A stretch of DNA of 64,000 bases. It comes from Candidatus Parcubacteria bacterium. Its GTDB lineage: Bacteria > Patescibacteriota > Saccharimonadia > UBA4664 > JBIOIQ01. Location: NCBI GenBank assembly GCA_963718875.1, contig OY970378.1:605373-669372 (forward strand), read 5' to 3'. A program made the translations under genes and the position numbers. The notes beneath the pieces were generated by a model, which was not told where the DNA came from, ran no database searches, and was given only the letters and a program-made list of their open reading frames with translations. Positions 1 through 11,834 of the stretch are shown one piece after another; position 1 is the first letter of the stretch, and each line of letters begins with the position of its first letter.

Positions 1-514
1 GCGTTTTTTTCCGCTAATCGCGACGCTGTTTTTCTTTATTTTGGTTAGCAATTGGATGGGATTATTGCCTGGCTTTGGCTCAATTACTTATAAAACCCAC
101 GAAGGTGTTGTGCCGCTGTTACGTGGTGCCAATGCGGATCTCAACACAACACTGGCATTGGCCTTAATCTCGGTTGTTATGACCCAAGTCTATGCAATGC
201 GTGAACTAGGTGTTGTGAGCCATCTTAAAAAGTATTTTAGCCTCAATCCCATCATGTCATTTGTTGGCATATTAGAGATTATCGGTGAGTTTTCTAAAAT
301 GGTCTCGTTTTCTTTCCGGTTATTTGGTAATATCTTTGCGGGAGAAGTTCTCCTAATTGTTATATCTGGGTTGGTGCCCATAATCGGACCCCTGCCCTTT
401 TTTGGTCTTGAACTGTTTGTGGGTCTTATACAAGCACTTGTGTTTGCCACACTCAGTCTGGTATTTCTCACGATAGCTACTTCGGCTCATGGCCATAACG
501 AGGATGCGAGCTGA
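1..514 (+). CDS. atpB: ATP synthase Fo subunit a (5' truncated by window edge)
   Basis: SFSFRLFGNIFAGE and ELFVGLIQALVFATLS motifs; first gene of the atp operon. Confidence 0.95.
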   Translation, partial: RFFPLIATLFFFILVSNWMGLLPGFGSITYKTHEGVVPLLRGANADLNTTLALALISVVMTQVYAMRELGVVSHLKKYFSLNPIMSFVGILEIIGEFSKMVSFSFRLFGNIFAGEVLLIVISGLVPIIGPLPFFGLELFVGLIQALVFATLSLVFLTIATSAHGHNEDAS

Positions 515-583
515 ACATCAGCCGGACCGACCTCAAGGCCCTACTGAGGTACTTGCTAAGAATTAATTTAAGAAAGGATTATT

Positions 584-799
584 ATGGACAAAAATGTAAT
601 TGCCGGAGCCACTATCGCCATTGGAGGGATGTTGCCTGCTCTAGCTATCGGCTGGATGGGATCAAAAGCCATGGAGGCCATTGGTCGTAACCCGGAAGCG
701 GCTGATAAATTGCAGACCGTGTTGATTTTGGTAGTAGCTTTTGCAGAAGCTATTGCTATCTATTCGCTGGTTGTCGCCCTCTCCATCAAATTCGTGTAG
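584..799 (+). CDS. atpE: ATP synthase Fo subunit c
   Basis: 71 aa hairpin, AIGRNPEA loop, conserved Glu in AFAEAIAIY; AAGGA RBS. Confidence 0.97.
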   Translation: MDKNVIAGATIAIGGMLPALAIGWMGSKAMEAIGRNPEAADKLQTVLILVVAFAEAIAIYSLVVALSIKFV

Positions 800-800
800 C

Positions 801-934
801 GGATTAATCTCTCGGTGCATTTCTTTGTCAGAATCTCCGCTCCGCGCTCGTCGTACCGACTAGTACGCCTTGCGCATAATCCGAGAAAGACGTTTAATCT
901 TTCTCGCCTCGAACTGCATCCGAGATATTAATCC
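801..934. repeat. Palindromic MITE/REP-like element in the atpE-atpF spacer
   Basis: Terminal inverted arms GGATTAATCTCTCGGTGCA / TGCATCCGAGATATTAATCC; core TCGTCGTACCGACTAGTACGCCTT resembles 61986-62011. Confidence 0.65.
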
Positions 935-982
935 TAAAAGTGTCCAAATGTCCAAATTCACAACCCTTCGCAAGGCTATTCT

Positions 983-1017
983 AAAGGTTAAAGGTTAAAG
1001 GTTAAAGGTTAAATGTT
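983..1017 (+). repeat. Heptamer tandem repeat (AAAGGTT)x4 + AAATGTT
   Basis: Directly visible; the last unit contains the atpF ATG. Confidence 0.85.
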
Positions 1018-1570
1018 ATTTGTCGGAACAATATTAGCAGTAGCGGCTGACCATGCAGCTGAAGAAGTTGCTCAGGGTGGGATTGCGGCTATAGGACTTG
1101 ATCCTAAAGCGCTATTATTTCAGTTAGTTAACTTTGCGCTATTGTTTTGGGTTCTTAAGCGAGTTGCCTATAAGCCGATTTTAAAAGTTCTAGAGTCGCG
1201 TCGCCAGCGAATTGAAGAAAGCCTTAAAACTGCTCACGAAATAGAACTACGCGAAAAGCGCTTAGTCGAGAGCCAAGCGAAGCTGCTTCATGAGGCTCGA
1301 GAGGCGGCCGGTGATATTGTGGCCAAGGCGCGGATGCAAACGGCTGAATTGTTGGCAGAGTCGGAAGTTAAGGCTAAAGCTCAAGCCAGCAAAATCATCA
1401 GCGATGCACGCGGTCGCATAGAGCATGAGGTACAGTTAGCCAAAAAGGATTTGAAGCATGAAATGTCTGGGCTAGTGGCAGCTGCTACCGAAGCGGTATT
1501 GGACGAAAAAGTTGATGCTCGGCACGATAAAGCTTTGATCGAGCGAGCATTAGCAAAGGCAGTAAAGTGA
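1013..1570 (+). CDS. atpF: ATP synthase Fo subunit b
   Basis: LLFQLVNFALLFWVLKRVAYKPI TM segment followed by a coiled coil; operon position. Confidence 0.95.
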   Translation: MLFVGTILAVAADHAAEEVAQGGIAAIGLDPKALLFQLVNFALLFWVLKRVAYKPILKVLESRRQRIEESLKTAHEIELREKRLVESQAKLLHEAREAAGDIVAKARMQTAELLAESEVKAKAQASKIISDARGRIEHEVQLAKKDLKHEMSGLVAAATEAVLDEKVDARHDKALIERALAKAVK

Positions 1571-1950
1571 AAAAAATATCTCGACTCAAGCTAGCTAAGG
1601 CGTTTGTGGCTCTAGCAAATTCCAAAAATCAAGGAGATTTATTGGTTGGTCTGGCGCAAGAGCTCATTAGCTCGCATCGGGTATCGGAATTGCCTTTAAT
1701 GGTACAAGACATTAATCGTGAGCTGTTGGCTCAAAAAGGCCATTTAGAAGCGACAGTAATTTCAGCTCACACACTTGATCCAGATGTAATGCATGAAGTT
1801 GAGCAGGAGCTTAAAAATCGGACTGGTGCTAAGACGGTCCGCGTAAAGAGCGAGCAAGATGCGTCTTTGGTGGGTGGAATTGTAGCCGAAACTCCCGATG
1901 AGGTTATAGATTTGTCACTGAAATATAAGTTGCAACAGTTGGAAACTTAA
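1567..1950 (+). CDS. atpH: ATP synthase F1 delta (short form)
   Basis: ATVISAHTL...DASLVGGIV...IDLSLK C-terminal OSCP motif; lies between atpF and atpA. Confidence 0.88.
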   Translation: MKKISRLKLAKAFVALANSKNQGDLLVGLAQELISSHRVSELPLMVQDINRELLAQKGHLEATVISAHTLDPDVMHEVEQELKNRTGAKTVRVKSEQDASLVGGIVAETPDEVIDLSLKYKLQQLET

Positions 1951-1974
1951 AAAATGTTTAAGGAGCTCTAAATA

Positions 1975-3543
1975 ATGGCAGAAAACATTACAGCACAAGA
2001 TATTTCGGCCGAGCTACGGGCCGCAATCGATGGCATTAAACAGCAATCTGGCGCCCAAAAAGTTGGCGTTGTTACTCGTGTGGGTGATGGCATTGCCTGG
2101 GTTTATGGGCTAAGAGATTGTGGTTCCGGAGAAATGATCGAGATTGAAACCGGCCACTCCAACGAGTACGTTCCGGCGTTTGCACTTAACTTACTGGAAG
2201 ATGAGATTGGGGCGGTGTTGTTAGGTGACGAGCAATTGGTAGCTGCTGGTGCAAAAGTTCGCCTTTCGGGACAGGTTTTAGATGTGCCTGTAGGGCCAGA
2301 GTTACTGGGTCGTGTTTTAAATCCACTAGGCGAGCCAATTGACGGAAAAGGCCCTATTAAGGCTAAAGCGCGTGGTGCGGTCGAAAAGGTTGCTCCGGGT
2401 GTGATTGACCGTAAATCGGTAGACACGCCACTCGCTACCGGAATTCTGGCCATTGATGCTATGATCCCAATTGGCCGTGGGCAGCGCGAGCTTATTATTG
2501 GTGATCGTCAAACAGGCAAAACTGCTATTGCTCTAGACGCTATTATTAACCAAACAAAAACTGCCAGTGGCGTCGTGTCGATTTATGTGGCAATTGGCCA
2601 AAAAATGAGTAAAGTGGCGCGTCTCGTGGATCGCTTAGATCAAGAGGGCGCGTTGGAAAATTCTATAATTGTGGCTACTTCGGCCGCCGATCCGGCATCT
2701 TTGCAATATCTAGCTCCTTATGCCGGCGCGGCTATGGGAGAGTATTTTCGGGATAACGGTAAAGACGCTTTAATCATATATGATGACCTGTCAAAACACG
2801 CCTGGGCTTATCGCCAAGTGTCACTTCTATTACGTCGGCCACCAGGGCGTGAGGCTTATCCAGGAGATGTGTTTTACCTTCATTCGCGTTTGCTCGAACG
2901 CTCTGCTAAGCTGAGCGACGATCTTGGCGGTGGGTCGCTGACAGCACTTCCAATTATTGAGACCCAGGGGAATGACGTATCGGCCTACATTCCAACTAAT
3001 GTTATTTCGATCACCGATGGTCAGATTTACCTTGAGACGGATTTGTTTTACCAAGGTATTCGACCGGCCGTAAATGTGGGATTATCGGTTTCTCGTGTTG
3101 GTGGTGCAGCTCAAACTAAGGCAGTTAAAACTGTGGCGGGTCCATTGAGGATTGATTTGGCCCAATTTAGAGAGCTAGCAGCGTTTTCGCAGTTTTCAAC
3201 CGATCTGGATACGGAAACCAAAGCTCGCATTGATCGTGGTCAACGCTTGACCGAGGTTTTAAAACAAGGCCAGTATGCACCTTATTCCGTGGCTGAGCAA
3301 GTGGTGCTGTTGCTTGCGGCAACCGAAGGTGTGTTTGATGCCGTGCCAGTTGAACAAATGGAAACAGTTAAATCTGACTTGGTTGATCAGGCGGGCTTGG
3401 AGCTAAAAGCGGAGTTGGTCGAGATTAATAAGAGCGGTAAGCTTGATGAAGATTCGAAGAAGGCTATTCTGGCTCTGGCTAATCGCGTGGCAAAAGAAGT
3501 TACTTCTAAAAAGGATGCACATGGCTCAGACCCAAGCAATTAA
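1975..3543 (+). CDS. atpA: ATP synthase F1 alpha
   Basis: [31 protein letters not shown]. Confidence 0.99.
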   Translation: MAENITAQDISAELRAAIDGIKQQSGAQKVGVVTRVGDGIAWVYGLRDCGSGEMIEIETGHSNEYVPAFALNLLEDEIGAVLLGDEQLVAAGAKVRLSGQVLDVPVGPELLGRVLNPLGEPIDGKGPIKAKARGAVEKVAPGVIDRKSVDTPLATGILAIDAMIPIGRGQRELIIGDRQTGKTAIALDAIINQTKTASGVVSIYVAIGQKMSKVARLVDRLDQEGALENSIIVATSAADPASLQYLAPYAGAAMGEYFRDNGKDALIIYDDLSKHAWAYRQVSLLLRRPPGREAYPGDVFYLHSRLLERSAKLSDDLGGGSLTALPIIETQGNDVSAYIPTNVISITDGQIYLETDLFYQGIRPAVNVGLSVSRVGGAAQTKAVKTVAGPLRIDLAQFRELAAFSQFSTDLDTETKARIDRGQRLTEVLKQGQYAPYSVAEQVVLLLAATEGVFDAVPVEQMETVKSDLVDQAGLELKAELVEINKSGKLDEDSKKAILALANRVAKEVTSKKDAHGSDPSN

Positions 3544-4387
3544 ACATCGTATTCGTTCAATCGGTAATACGAGACAAATTACCAAAGCCATGGAGCTAGT
3601 GTCTGCCAGTAAACTGAGACGGGCGCAAGAAGCCAGTATACAATCACGGGCTTATACGTCGAGTACGAAGGATATTTTGCAGCGACTAAGCCAGTTAACT
3701 GATGCGGCGACAGATCCCTTATTTCAGGTTCGTTCTGGCGATCGCAAGTTAATTATTCTGTTCTCCAGCGACCAGACTTTGGCGGGTGCCTACAATAGTA
3801 ATATCGCGCGCAAATTGATCGAGACGCTATCGAGTGCGGCTGATAAGACGCCAATAATTGCGGTTGGAAATCAAGGAGCTAAGTTTGCGGCTCGCTTGGA
3901 TAACGTAGAATTGCTAGAAGCTTTTTCCGGTTGGCCAGTAAGGCCAACTTCAACTGAAGTTCGGCCGATAGCTACTGAGGCGATGACCATGTTTCGAGAT
4001 AATTTAATAGATAGCGTAGAAATTATTTATACCCACTTTGTATCGAGCATTACTCAGCAAGTTGTAAGTGAAAGGTTGCTCCCGGCAACGTTGGAGTCAA
4101 CTCAAACACAAGAAAAAAGTCTTGAGGCGGCCGATGCGATTTTTGAACCATCACCAAAGGCAGTACTTGAGGCAATGATGCCAAGGTTGATTGAAGCACA
4201 GCTTTTAGGCGCTGCATTGAGTGCGGCGGCTTCAGAGCATGCTATGAGGATGCTTGCCATGAAGAACGCTAGTGATAACGCAGCGGACATTATTGATGAT
4301 TTGACGCTTGAATACAACAGTGCCCGTCAAGCTGGTATTACTCAAGAGCTAGCTGAGATTACTGGTGGAGCTGAGGCAATAGCATGA
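3521..4387 (+). CDS. atpG: ATP synthase F1 gamma
   Basis: [30 protein letters not shown]; start placed at MAQTQAIK after AAGGA, overlapping the atpA end. Confidence 0.97.
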   Translation: MAQTQAIKHRIRSIGNTRQITKAMELVSASKLRRAQEASIQSRAYTSSTKDILQRLSQLTDAATDPLFQVRSGDRKLIILFSSDQTLAGAYNSNIARKLIETLSSAADKTPIIAVGNQGAKFAARLDNVELLEAFSGWPVRPTSTEVRPIATEAMTMFRDNLIDSVEIIYTHFVSSITQQVVSERLLPATLESTQTQEKSLEAADAIFEPSPKAVLEAMMPRLIEAQLLGAALSAAASEHAMRMLAMKNASDNAADIIDDLTLEYNSARQAGITQELAEITGGAEAIA

Positions 4388-5923
<1,536 letters not shown>

Positions 5924-5928
5924 ATGGC

Positions 5929-6384
5929 ATGGCAGAACTAACATTTGAGCTAGTTACTCCCGAGGGAATCAAATTTACTGAAGAGGCATATGAAATTTTA
6001 CTGCCTACTCCCGATGGACAAATTGGTATACTTCCCCACCACCTAGCGTTGGTTTCATTGGCTACTGCGGGTGTAGTTAGCGTTCGTCGGCGCGCTACCG
6101 ATACGGATAGCCAAATGGAGCACTTTTCGACCACAGGAGGTCTTATTGAAATTGACGGAAAGCGGGTGCGGTTGCTTGCCGATTCGGCTGAACATGCAGA
6201 CGACATAGAACCTCTCAAGGTCCAGGAGGCGCTTAAGCATGCGCAAGACTTGGCAAAAACTGCTGGTAGCCATGTGGCGTTGGCGGATGCTACGGCTTTG
6301 ATTGAGCGCTATAGTTCACAACTTAAAGTGGCGGATATAAAAGGACGTCATCATAAACGTACTGAGAACCAATCGCCTAAATAA
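5929..6384 (+). CDS. atpC: ATP synthase F1 epsilon
   Basis: FELVTPEG...GQIGILPHH...GGLIEI...LLADSAE. Confidence 0.95.
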   Translation: MAELTFELVTPEGIKFTEEAYEILLPTPDGQIGILPHHLALVSLATAGVVSVRRRATDTDSQMEHFSTTGGLIEIDGKRVRLLADSAEHADDIEPLKVQEALKHAQDLAKTAGSHVALADATALIERYSSQLKVADIKGRHHKRTENQSPK

Positions 6385-6817
6385 CGCTGAATCAAAAACC
6401 TCTAGATCTGTAAAGCCTCTTTTGCCACCCATCTCGGTGAGTGGATCCTCTTCCCTGAATTTATTTTCTTTCATTAACCGCGAGTTTTTTGTCAGGGAGG
6501 ACTTATATCTTTTTGCTCTGTTTATAGAGTTATATAATTTTCAAATTTGCTTGTTTCATATTACATCTGGCCGAACCAAATATGTTGGTATTTTTGGCAA
6601 ACAGCTGTATCCAGCCATTGCATTTTTTAATAAAGCCAATAGTTATATAACTAGTTATATAACTCCTAGTAATCTCACAAAAAAACAAGAGCGCGCTCGT
6701 AGTAGATACCAAGAACTGTGTTTTTAACTACTTAAATCTTCAACACCCCATATGTCATTTTGAACGGCTGATTCAGCCTTTGTAGCACTATGGTTGCTTT
6801 TCAGCGTTCAAAAGGTG

Positions 6818-7453
6818 TTAGTCTGCAACTTTCAATAATATTGGCGATTGGCGGTTGTTGTTGCAGAAACGGCTACTAAAGCGGCTTTTGCACAGGTCAT
6901 AGCCACTGATACGTCCAAACCCAGTTGCGTTAACTATATTGAGCGCGGCTGGTGGTGGTGGAACGGAATGGATTTTAACGGGAATCGTGCCACGGCCTAG
7001 ATTGTCGAGCTCACGAAAACTACCGCGTGATAAGTCGATAACTCGTCCGGTCCAGGCTTCTGGGCCATAGTCGTTAACCAAGCAAACCACGGTTCGGCCA
7101 TTGTCAGTATTGGTGACATGAAGATATGTTCCGCGTGGGAATGTGCGCGAAGCGCAACTGAGGGCATCTGGGGCTGGTAGGCCTAGGGCGTACCAAGAGC
7201 CTCGACCTTCTTGCTCAGAGACTGGTTTATTAATAACGGGTTCAAATGTAATACTTTTAGTCTTTAAAGTGGTTAATATCTCGGTATTAACAGTTGGCTG
7301 AGTTACTGCAACAGCAAATACCAGCGAGCTGGTACATGCTGTCATGATAAGCACAAAAAAAGCTCGAAAAACTTGACGAGAAGTTTTTCGTTTTACCAAC
7401 TTCTTTTTGGTTAGAACATGATGTATCTTGCGTTTGGTCTTGGCTTTCATCAA
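6818..7453 (-). CDS. RlpA-family (DPBB) lytic transglycosylase-like protein
   Basis: GSWY...CASRTFPRGTYLHVTN...VNDYGP...RVIDLSRGSF; N-terminal TM. Confidence 0.85.
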   Translation of the reverse strand: MMKAKTKRKIHHVLTKKKLVKRKTSRQVFRAFFVLIMTACTSSLVFAVAVTQPTVNTEILTTLKTKSITFEPVINKPVSEQEGRGSWYALGLPAPDALSCASRTFPRGTYLHVTNTDNGRTVVCLVNDYGPEAWTGRVIDLSRGSFRELDNLGRGTIPVKIHSVPPPPAALNIVNATGFGRISGYDLCKSRFSSRFCNNNRQSPILLKVAD

Positions 7454-8541
7454 TATGTAGCTGTTTTATCTGTGGGGACAACAGAGTACCAAGTATTTCC
7501 GGCATTGAGCGGGATTGGCTTTCCGCCAGCGTCTAAGAGCGCTGTACGTGACGTGTGTGAGGCCTTGGACCAAGTTCCCGTTATAGCAGTGCCGTCCCTT
7601 ACAACAACCGCTTGGCCGCTTCCGGGCGTGCCCATGATTACAGTTTGCTCACCAATGCGAGTCGTACCAAAGCTAGTTGGCATGTATTGGATCACAATGT
7701 TTTTAACATGAATCTGGGTGCCGGTGTTGCGGTCGATATGTGGTGCTCCGGCCATAAAGCGAGCATAGTCGTTGGTGGCTGGGTCGTATTGGTATGTGAC
7801 CTGGAACCCAGAGTAGGAGTAATTAATATTGATGGTGGGGTGTGGAACAGGAGCGCCGGCGGGAGGCGGTGAGTCGGCTTTACGCGGGGACGGGGTAAAG
7901 CTAGCGGGTTGGTTGTAGTTGTATCTTGCTTCTTGGGTATCGAGCAAATCACTATTGGTATAAAGGTTATGCGGCGCGTAGCGGTCATTAACGCGATAGA
8001 AAGTCGGGGCTCCAATAGTAAGTCCATCAATATCTTTTAGCTTAAGCGGCCTGATAAGGTCAAGTGCATCGGCGTTGCCGCCTGCGTGAGCAACAGGTGA
8101 ATTAAACTCTAGTCCCCAGTCCACAAAATACGTTCGCAAGCTTCTGACTGGGCCTATTGTAGCGGGCCGGTTTTCAAGGAAAAAGGCTAAAAAGCGAGTA
8201 ATTCCTCCTTCGGCCAGAGCCTCATAAACCACGCCTGCTTGACTTAGTCCAGATTGAGGTCGGGAATTTGGGTGATTTTCTATTACGACCCCTGTTATTG
8301 GTCGATCGGCCAGTTCTAGCGCCATTACTACGCCCGTTAAGGGCGATGGCTTGGTGGTTGGTTTGGCAGCAACATGGGTTTTAGCGGTTTTTTTGGTAAT
8401 AGCAACAGGCTTAGTCGGTTTTGGTTTATTCAGCAGTTGATAGGCCGTAACACTAACACCGATTAGAAGAGTTGCAACTGCTAAACTTGCCAGTATGGCA
8501 AGTTTTTTGTTTTGCTTGAAATAGTCGACTATTCCGTTCAT
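7450..8541 (-). CDS. DUF3048/YerB-like membrane-anchored protein
   Basis: IENHPNSRPQSGLSQAGVVYEALAEGGITRF, GPVRSLR, APHNLY motifs. Confidence 0.85.
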   Translation of the reverse strand: MNGIVDYFKQNKKLAILASLAVATLLIGVSVTAYQLLNKPKPTKPVAITKKTAKTHVAAKPTTKPSPLTGVVMALELADRPITGVVIENHPNSRPQSGLSQAGVVYEALAEGGITRFLAFFLENRPATIGPVRSLRTYFVDWGLEFNSPVAHAGGNADALDLIRPLKLKDIDGLTIGAPTFYRVNDRYAPHNLYTNSDLLDTQEARYNYNQPASFTPSPRKADSPPPAGAPVPHPTININYSYSGFQVTYQYDPATNDYARFMAGAPHIDRNTGTQIHVKNIVIQYMPTSFGTTRIGEQTVIMGTPGSGQAVVVRDGTAITGTWSKASHTSRTALLDAGGKPIPLNAGNTWYSVVPTDKTATY

Positions 8542-8586
8542 GAATTAAGTATAGCGCAAAAACGTTTAAGCTTAAAATTAACTTGA

Positions 8587-8622
8587 AATATTAAAAGCCC
8601 TCATAAGAGGGCTTTTAATATT
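8587..8622. terminator. Intrinsic terminator hairpin
   Basis: AATATTAAAAGCCCTC-ATAA-GAGGGCTTTTAATATT perfect inverted repeat just after the 8634-8837 gene. Confidence 0.8.
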
Positions 8623-8633
8623 GGGAATAGTTA

Positions 8634-8837
8634 TTAAACTACTGGGGCGTCTAGGCTGTCCCAGTCTGCCTGACCAACGAATTTGGTAAGGTTGCGGCCT
8701 TCGTATGAACCACGAAGGGCGTAGCGAACTTGGACTGAGCCTGATTTGGTGGTGCGCTCATACTTAGTTTTTTTGACATCGCTCTCAGGAACTTCGACAG
8801 AACTGCGGGTCTTTACGTCGTAAAATTTGACGCTCAT
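8634..8837 (-). CDS. Small beta-rich protein, possible CC1/DUF5679-like nucleic-acid-binding protein
   Basis: 67 aa, AAGGAG RBS and own terminator; KFYDVK N-terminus. Confidence 0.7.
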   Translation of the reverse strand: MSVKFYDVKTRSSVEVPESDVKKTKYERTTKSGSVQVRYALRGSYEGRNLTKFVGQADWDSLDAPVV

Positions 8838-8878
8838 ACTTGTACTCCTTTACGTACCTAGCACTATATATTTATGGC

Positions 8879-10333
8879 TTAGGCTTTGTCAACCTGTAAC
8901 ACGCTCAAAGTTTGTTGAATTCGGTTCAAAACTGTTTTTTGACCGAGAACAAGCATGGTTTCGAATAATCCAGGAGCAGCGGTTTTACCAGTAATTGCAA
9001 TTCGTAAAACGCTAAACAAGTTACCGGGTTTAGCGCTAAGTCTATCGGCCAGTCCACGTAAAGCCGATTCTAGGCTGTCGTGATCAAAGTTAGTAGTGTT
9101 TAATAATTTTTGGCTTTCCTCTAAATACAGCTGGATGTCATTCGATTCAACCTTTTTATGCTCTTTGATAGCTAATGGATCCGGATCGGTAAAGAAAAAA
9201 TCGGTTAGCTCGGGTATTTCTCCTAAAAATTTCAATCGTTCTTGGATTAATCCCAGTACTTGTCGGCGATACTGTGGGTCAAATTTCGCTGCCTCTGGAT
9301 GCCAAAAACTTTTAGCTCTTTCCCCTAGTTCTTCTAGGCTGAGTGATCTAATATAGTGGCCGTTCATCCAGGTGAGGCGCTCTGGGTCGAACGTAGCCGG
9401 ACTTTTTTGAATGCGTTCGGCTGTGAATGCTTTGACTAGCTCCTCGTGCGAATAAAGCTCCTTGGTGGTTCCAGAGCCTTCGTTCCATCCTAAGAGTGCC
9501 ATGAAATTAACTATGGCGTCACGTAAATATCCTTCGCGTCCATAATCGAGAATATCTTTGGCCCCGTCGCGCTTACTTAACTTTCGTTTGCCATCTGCGC
9601 CAAGGATTTGGGGTAAGTGGATAAACTTGGGCGGATCCCAATTAAATGACCGATAAAGCAGCAAATGTTTGGGAGTGCTTGGGATCCATTCTGCGGCTCT
9701 CATGACATGGCTTATTTCCATAAGGTGGTCGTCGACAACATTGGCAAAATGATAGGTCGGAAAACCGTCCGACTTGATACAGACAAAGTCATCGAGATCG
9801 GCAACGTTAAACTGGACTTCTCCGAGTACTATATCATCCCATTTAATAGGCTCGCTCGTTTCGGGGAGTTTGTAGCGCAATACATGGGGCTTTGATGGGT
9901 CGCCTTGATGTTCAAGACAGAATCGGTCATATTTGAAGGCGCGTTTGTCTTTCTGGGCCTGCTCGCGCAAGCTGGTAAGTCGATCGGGCGTACACCAACA
10001 GCGGTAAAGAGCTCCTTTTTTAATTAATTCGTCAGAGTATTTGTTGTAAATAGTCAGTCGTTCGGATTGCACGTAAGGTCCATATTTTCCGCCTGTCTGG
10101 CTGCTTTCATCTGGAAGTATTCCAAGCCACTCTAAGCTATCAAAAAGGTGTTTCTCCGCCTCAGGTACAAAACGCTCTCTATCGGTATCTTCGAGACGGA
10201 TAATAAAGACGCCCTTATGATGGCGAGCAAAAAGGTAGTTGAAAAGGGCTGAATGAAGATTGCCAATATGCTGGAATCCTGTCGGGCTGGGTGCAAAGCG
10301 AACACGGACGGGTTTAGAGGTGTTGGTTGTCAT
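8879..10333 (-). CDS. gltX: Glutamate--tRNA ligase
   Basis: RVRFAPSPTGFQHIGN and KLSKR motifs. Confidence 0.98.
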   Translation of the reverse strand: MTTNTSKPVRVRFAPSPTGFQHIGNLHSALFNYLFARHHKGVFIIRLEDTDRERFVPEAEKHLFDSLEWLGILPDESSQTGGKYGPYVQSERLTIYNKYSDELIKKGALYRCWCTPDRLTSLREQAQKDKRAFKYDRFCLEHQGDPSKPHVLRYKLPETSEPIKWDDIVLGEVQFNVADLDDFVCIKSDGFPTYHFANVVDDHLMEISHVMRAAEWIPSTPKHLLLYRSFNWDPPKFIHLPQILGADGKRKLSKRDGAKDILDYGREGYLRDAIVNFMALLGWNEGSGTTKELYSHEELVKAFTAERIQKSPATFDPERLTWMNGHYIRSLSLEELGERAKSFWHPEAAKFDPQYRRQVLGLIQERLKFLGEIPELTDFFFTDPDPLAIKEHKKVESNDIQLYLEESQKLLNTTNFDHDSLESALRGLADRLSAKPGNLFSVLRIAITGKTAAPGLFETMLVLGQKTVLNRIQQTLSVLQVDKA

Positions 10334-10365
10334 TGAACTATTATAGTCTAAAACCTAGTATATTG

Positions 10366-10419
10366 CCTGAGCTTGTCGAAGGCCCAGGTTTTCGCGTGAC
10401 CCCTTCGACTCGGCTCAGG
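10366..10419. repeat. REP-like palindrome
   Basis: CCTGAGCTTGTCGAAGG ... CCTTCGACTCGGCTCAGG inverted arms. Confidence 0.7.
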
Positions 10420-10446
10420 GAGTAAATGGGGTTACATTGACGAGAG

Positions 10447-10782
10447 TTAAAGGGCTAGTTCTGACGGGTCGATTGGCTCCCAAGAGTCGCCGTCTTTGCG
10501 GTACATTTTGGTTTGATGGGCTGTTTGAGCAGGGTCATAAACGTTTTGATAGCGTATTCCCCCACTAGCGGCCTTATGGTAGTGGCTTTTTTTATCAATA
10601 ATGGCTGGTCGGCTGACGCGTTCAAGGCGGTAATCTTGGCCACTGCGCGTAAACTCGATAAATGAAATGTGCTGAGTCAGGTCTTCCCTATCTTCCAGCG
10701 GTTCTTGGGTTTTGCCGTGACGGTTTAAGCCAAACTTTTCATCAATGGCGTCAACTATTTTGTCCCACGATACGTCTTCCAT
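10447..10782 (-). CDS. Hypothetical protein
   Basis: 111 aa ORF with TATGAT 6 nt before the ATG. Confidence 0.7.
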   Translation of the reverse strand: MEDVSWDKIVDAIDEKFGLNRHGKTQEPLEDREDLTQHISFIEFTRSGQDYRLERVSRPAIIDKKSHYHKAASGGIRYQNVYDPAQTAHQTKMYRKDGDSWEPIDPSELAL

Positions 10783-10910
10783 GAATTTATCATAACAGGG
10801 TTATGATAAATTCTAAAATTCTAAGTGCCAAACCGATCCAAGTTCAAAATTTTAATTCTCCAACTAGAGTTGCTTGAGTTGGTGTACTAGTATTGTGCTA
10901 GTATAGCTAG

Positions 10911-11285
10911 ATGAATTATTTAGTTGAAATATGTAGATCGTTTAAGGCTGTGCAGGGACTAGAATCCCCGGTTAGATCGAGTAAGGGCTTATCGCGGGTA
11001 GCTCATTTTGATGTGGCGTTAAGGGTTGGCATTGAGTTTAGCGAAAAGCAACTTGATGATAAAGGGAGATTTGTTGATACAGATGCAGTCGAAAGTTATG
11101 TTGAAAAAATATGTGTAAAGCTTGCCAACGACAGATGGACAAATTTGTTTTCATTTAGACCAACTTTTGAGCTGGTTGCTGAGTGGGCTTACGAAGAACT
11201 TAAAAATGATGTAGCCCAGATAAGCTATGTTGAGCTAGAAAATGAGACGCTGAAGGTCAAGACAAAGTATTTTTATAGCGATTAG
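10911..11285 (+). CDS. Degenerate 6-pyruvoyl-tetrahydropterin synthase/QueD-like (T-fold) protein
   Basis: LDDKGRFVD and RPTFELVAEWAYEEL resemble QueD motifs; canonical FxAAH and HGH are altered. Confidence 0.6.
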   Translation: MNYLVEICRSFKAVQGLESPVRSSKGLSRVAHFDVALRVGIEFSEKQLDDKGRFVDTDAVESYVEKICVKLANDRWTNLFSFRPTFELVAEWAYEELKNDVAQISYVELENETLKVKTKYFYSD

Positions 11286-11327
11286 ACTCCCCTTGCGTAT
11301 AAAATTATAAAATCTAGACTTAGGTTT

Positions 11328-11750
11328 ATGCGTCAAAGCGTTACCCAAGAATTTGAATTTGGTTGTGGAATAGCCTGTTTTGCCTTTGCTGCCGGACTTA
11401 CCTACAAAGAAGCAGCGTATTATTTAGGTCCAAAACAGGCAGCTAGTAATCGTTTTTGGTGTAAAGACTTAGCAGTGGCTCTTACTTTATTTGGCGTCAC
11501 GTATCATCATAAGCATTTGAACTCGTTGTTGGTCTCAAAAATTAATACAGAAGGCACTATAGTACTCATAGCAAGATCGAAAAATTATCCTGCGGGTCAC
11601 TATCTCATTAATCATGAAGGATTTTGGATGGATCCTTGGATAAATCTACCGTTTAATCGGAATATAAATGATGCCCAGTCGGGGTTTAGAAATGCTTTGC
11701 CTGGTAGGCCAATTTACGGACTGTTTTATGACAGTGCTGCCGGTTTTTGA
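11328..11750 (+). CDS. C39-like cysteine peptidase domain protein
   Basis: QEFEFGCGIAC, GHY and MDPW catalytic pattern. Confidence 0.65.
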   Translation: MRQSVTQEFEFGCGIACFAFAAGLTYKEAAYYLGPKQAASNRFWCKDLAVALTLFGVTYHHKHLNSLLVSKINTEGTIVLIARSKNYPAGHYLINHEGFWMDPWINLPFNRNINDAQSGFRNALPGRPIYGLFYDSAAGF

Positions 11751-11834
11751 TTTTCTTCTTGTATATAAAATTATAAATTCTATAGTACTGATACGGCAAA
11801 ATTTACCGCTCAAAACTCAAAAACTGAAGGAGTT

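Noticed and set aside
6422-6727. ORFs of 101 and 60 aa in the atpC-rlpA spacer
   Set aside because: Weak starts, no recognisable motifs, and they overlap palindromic non-coding structure
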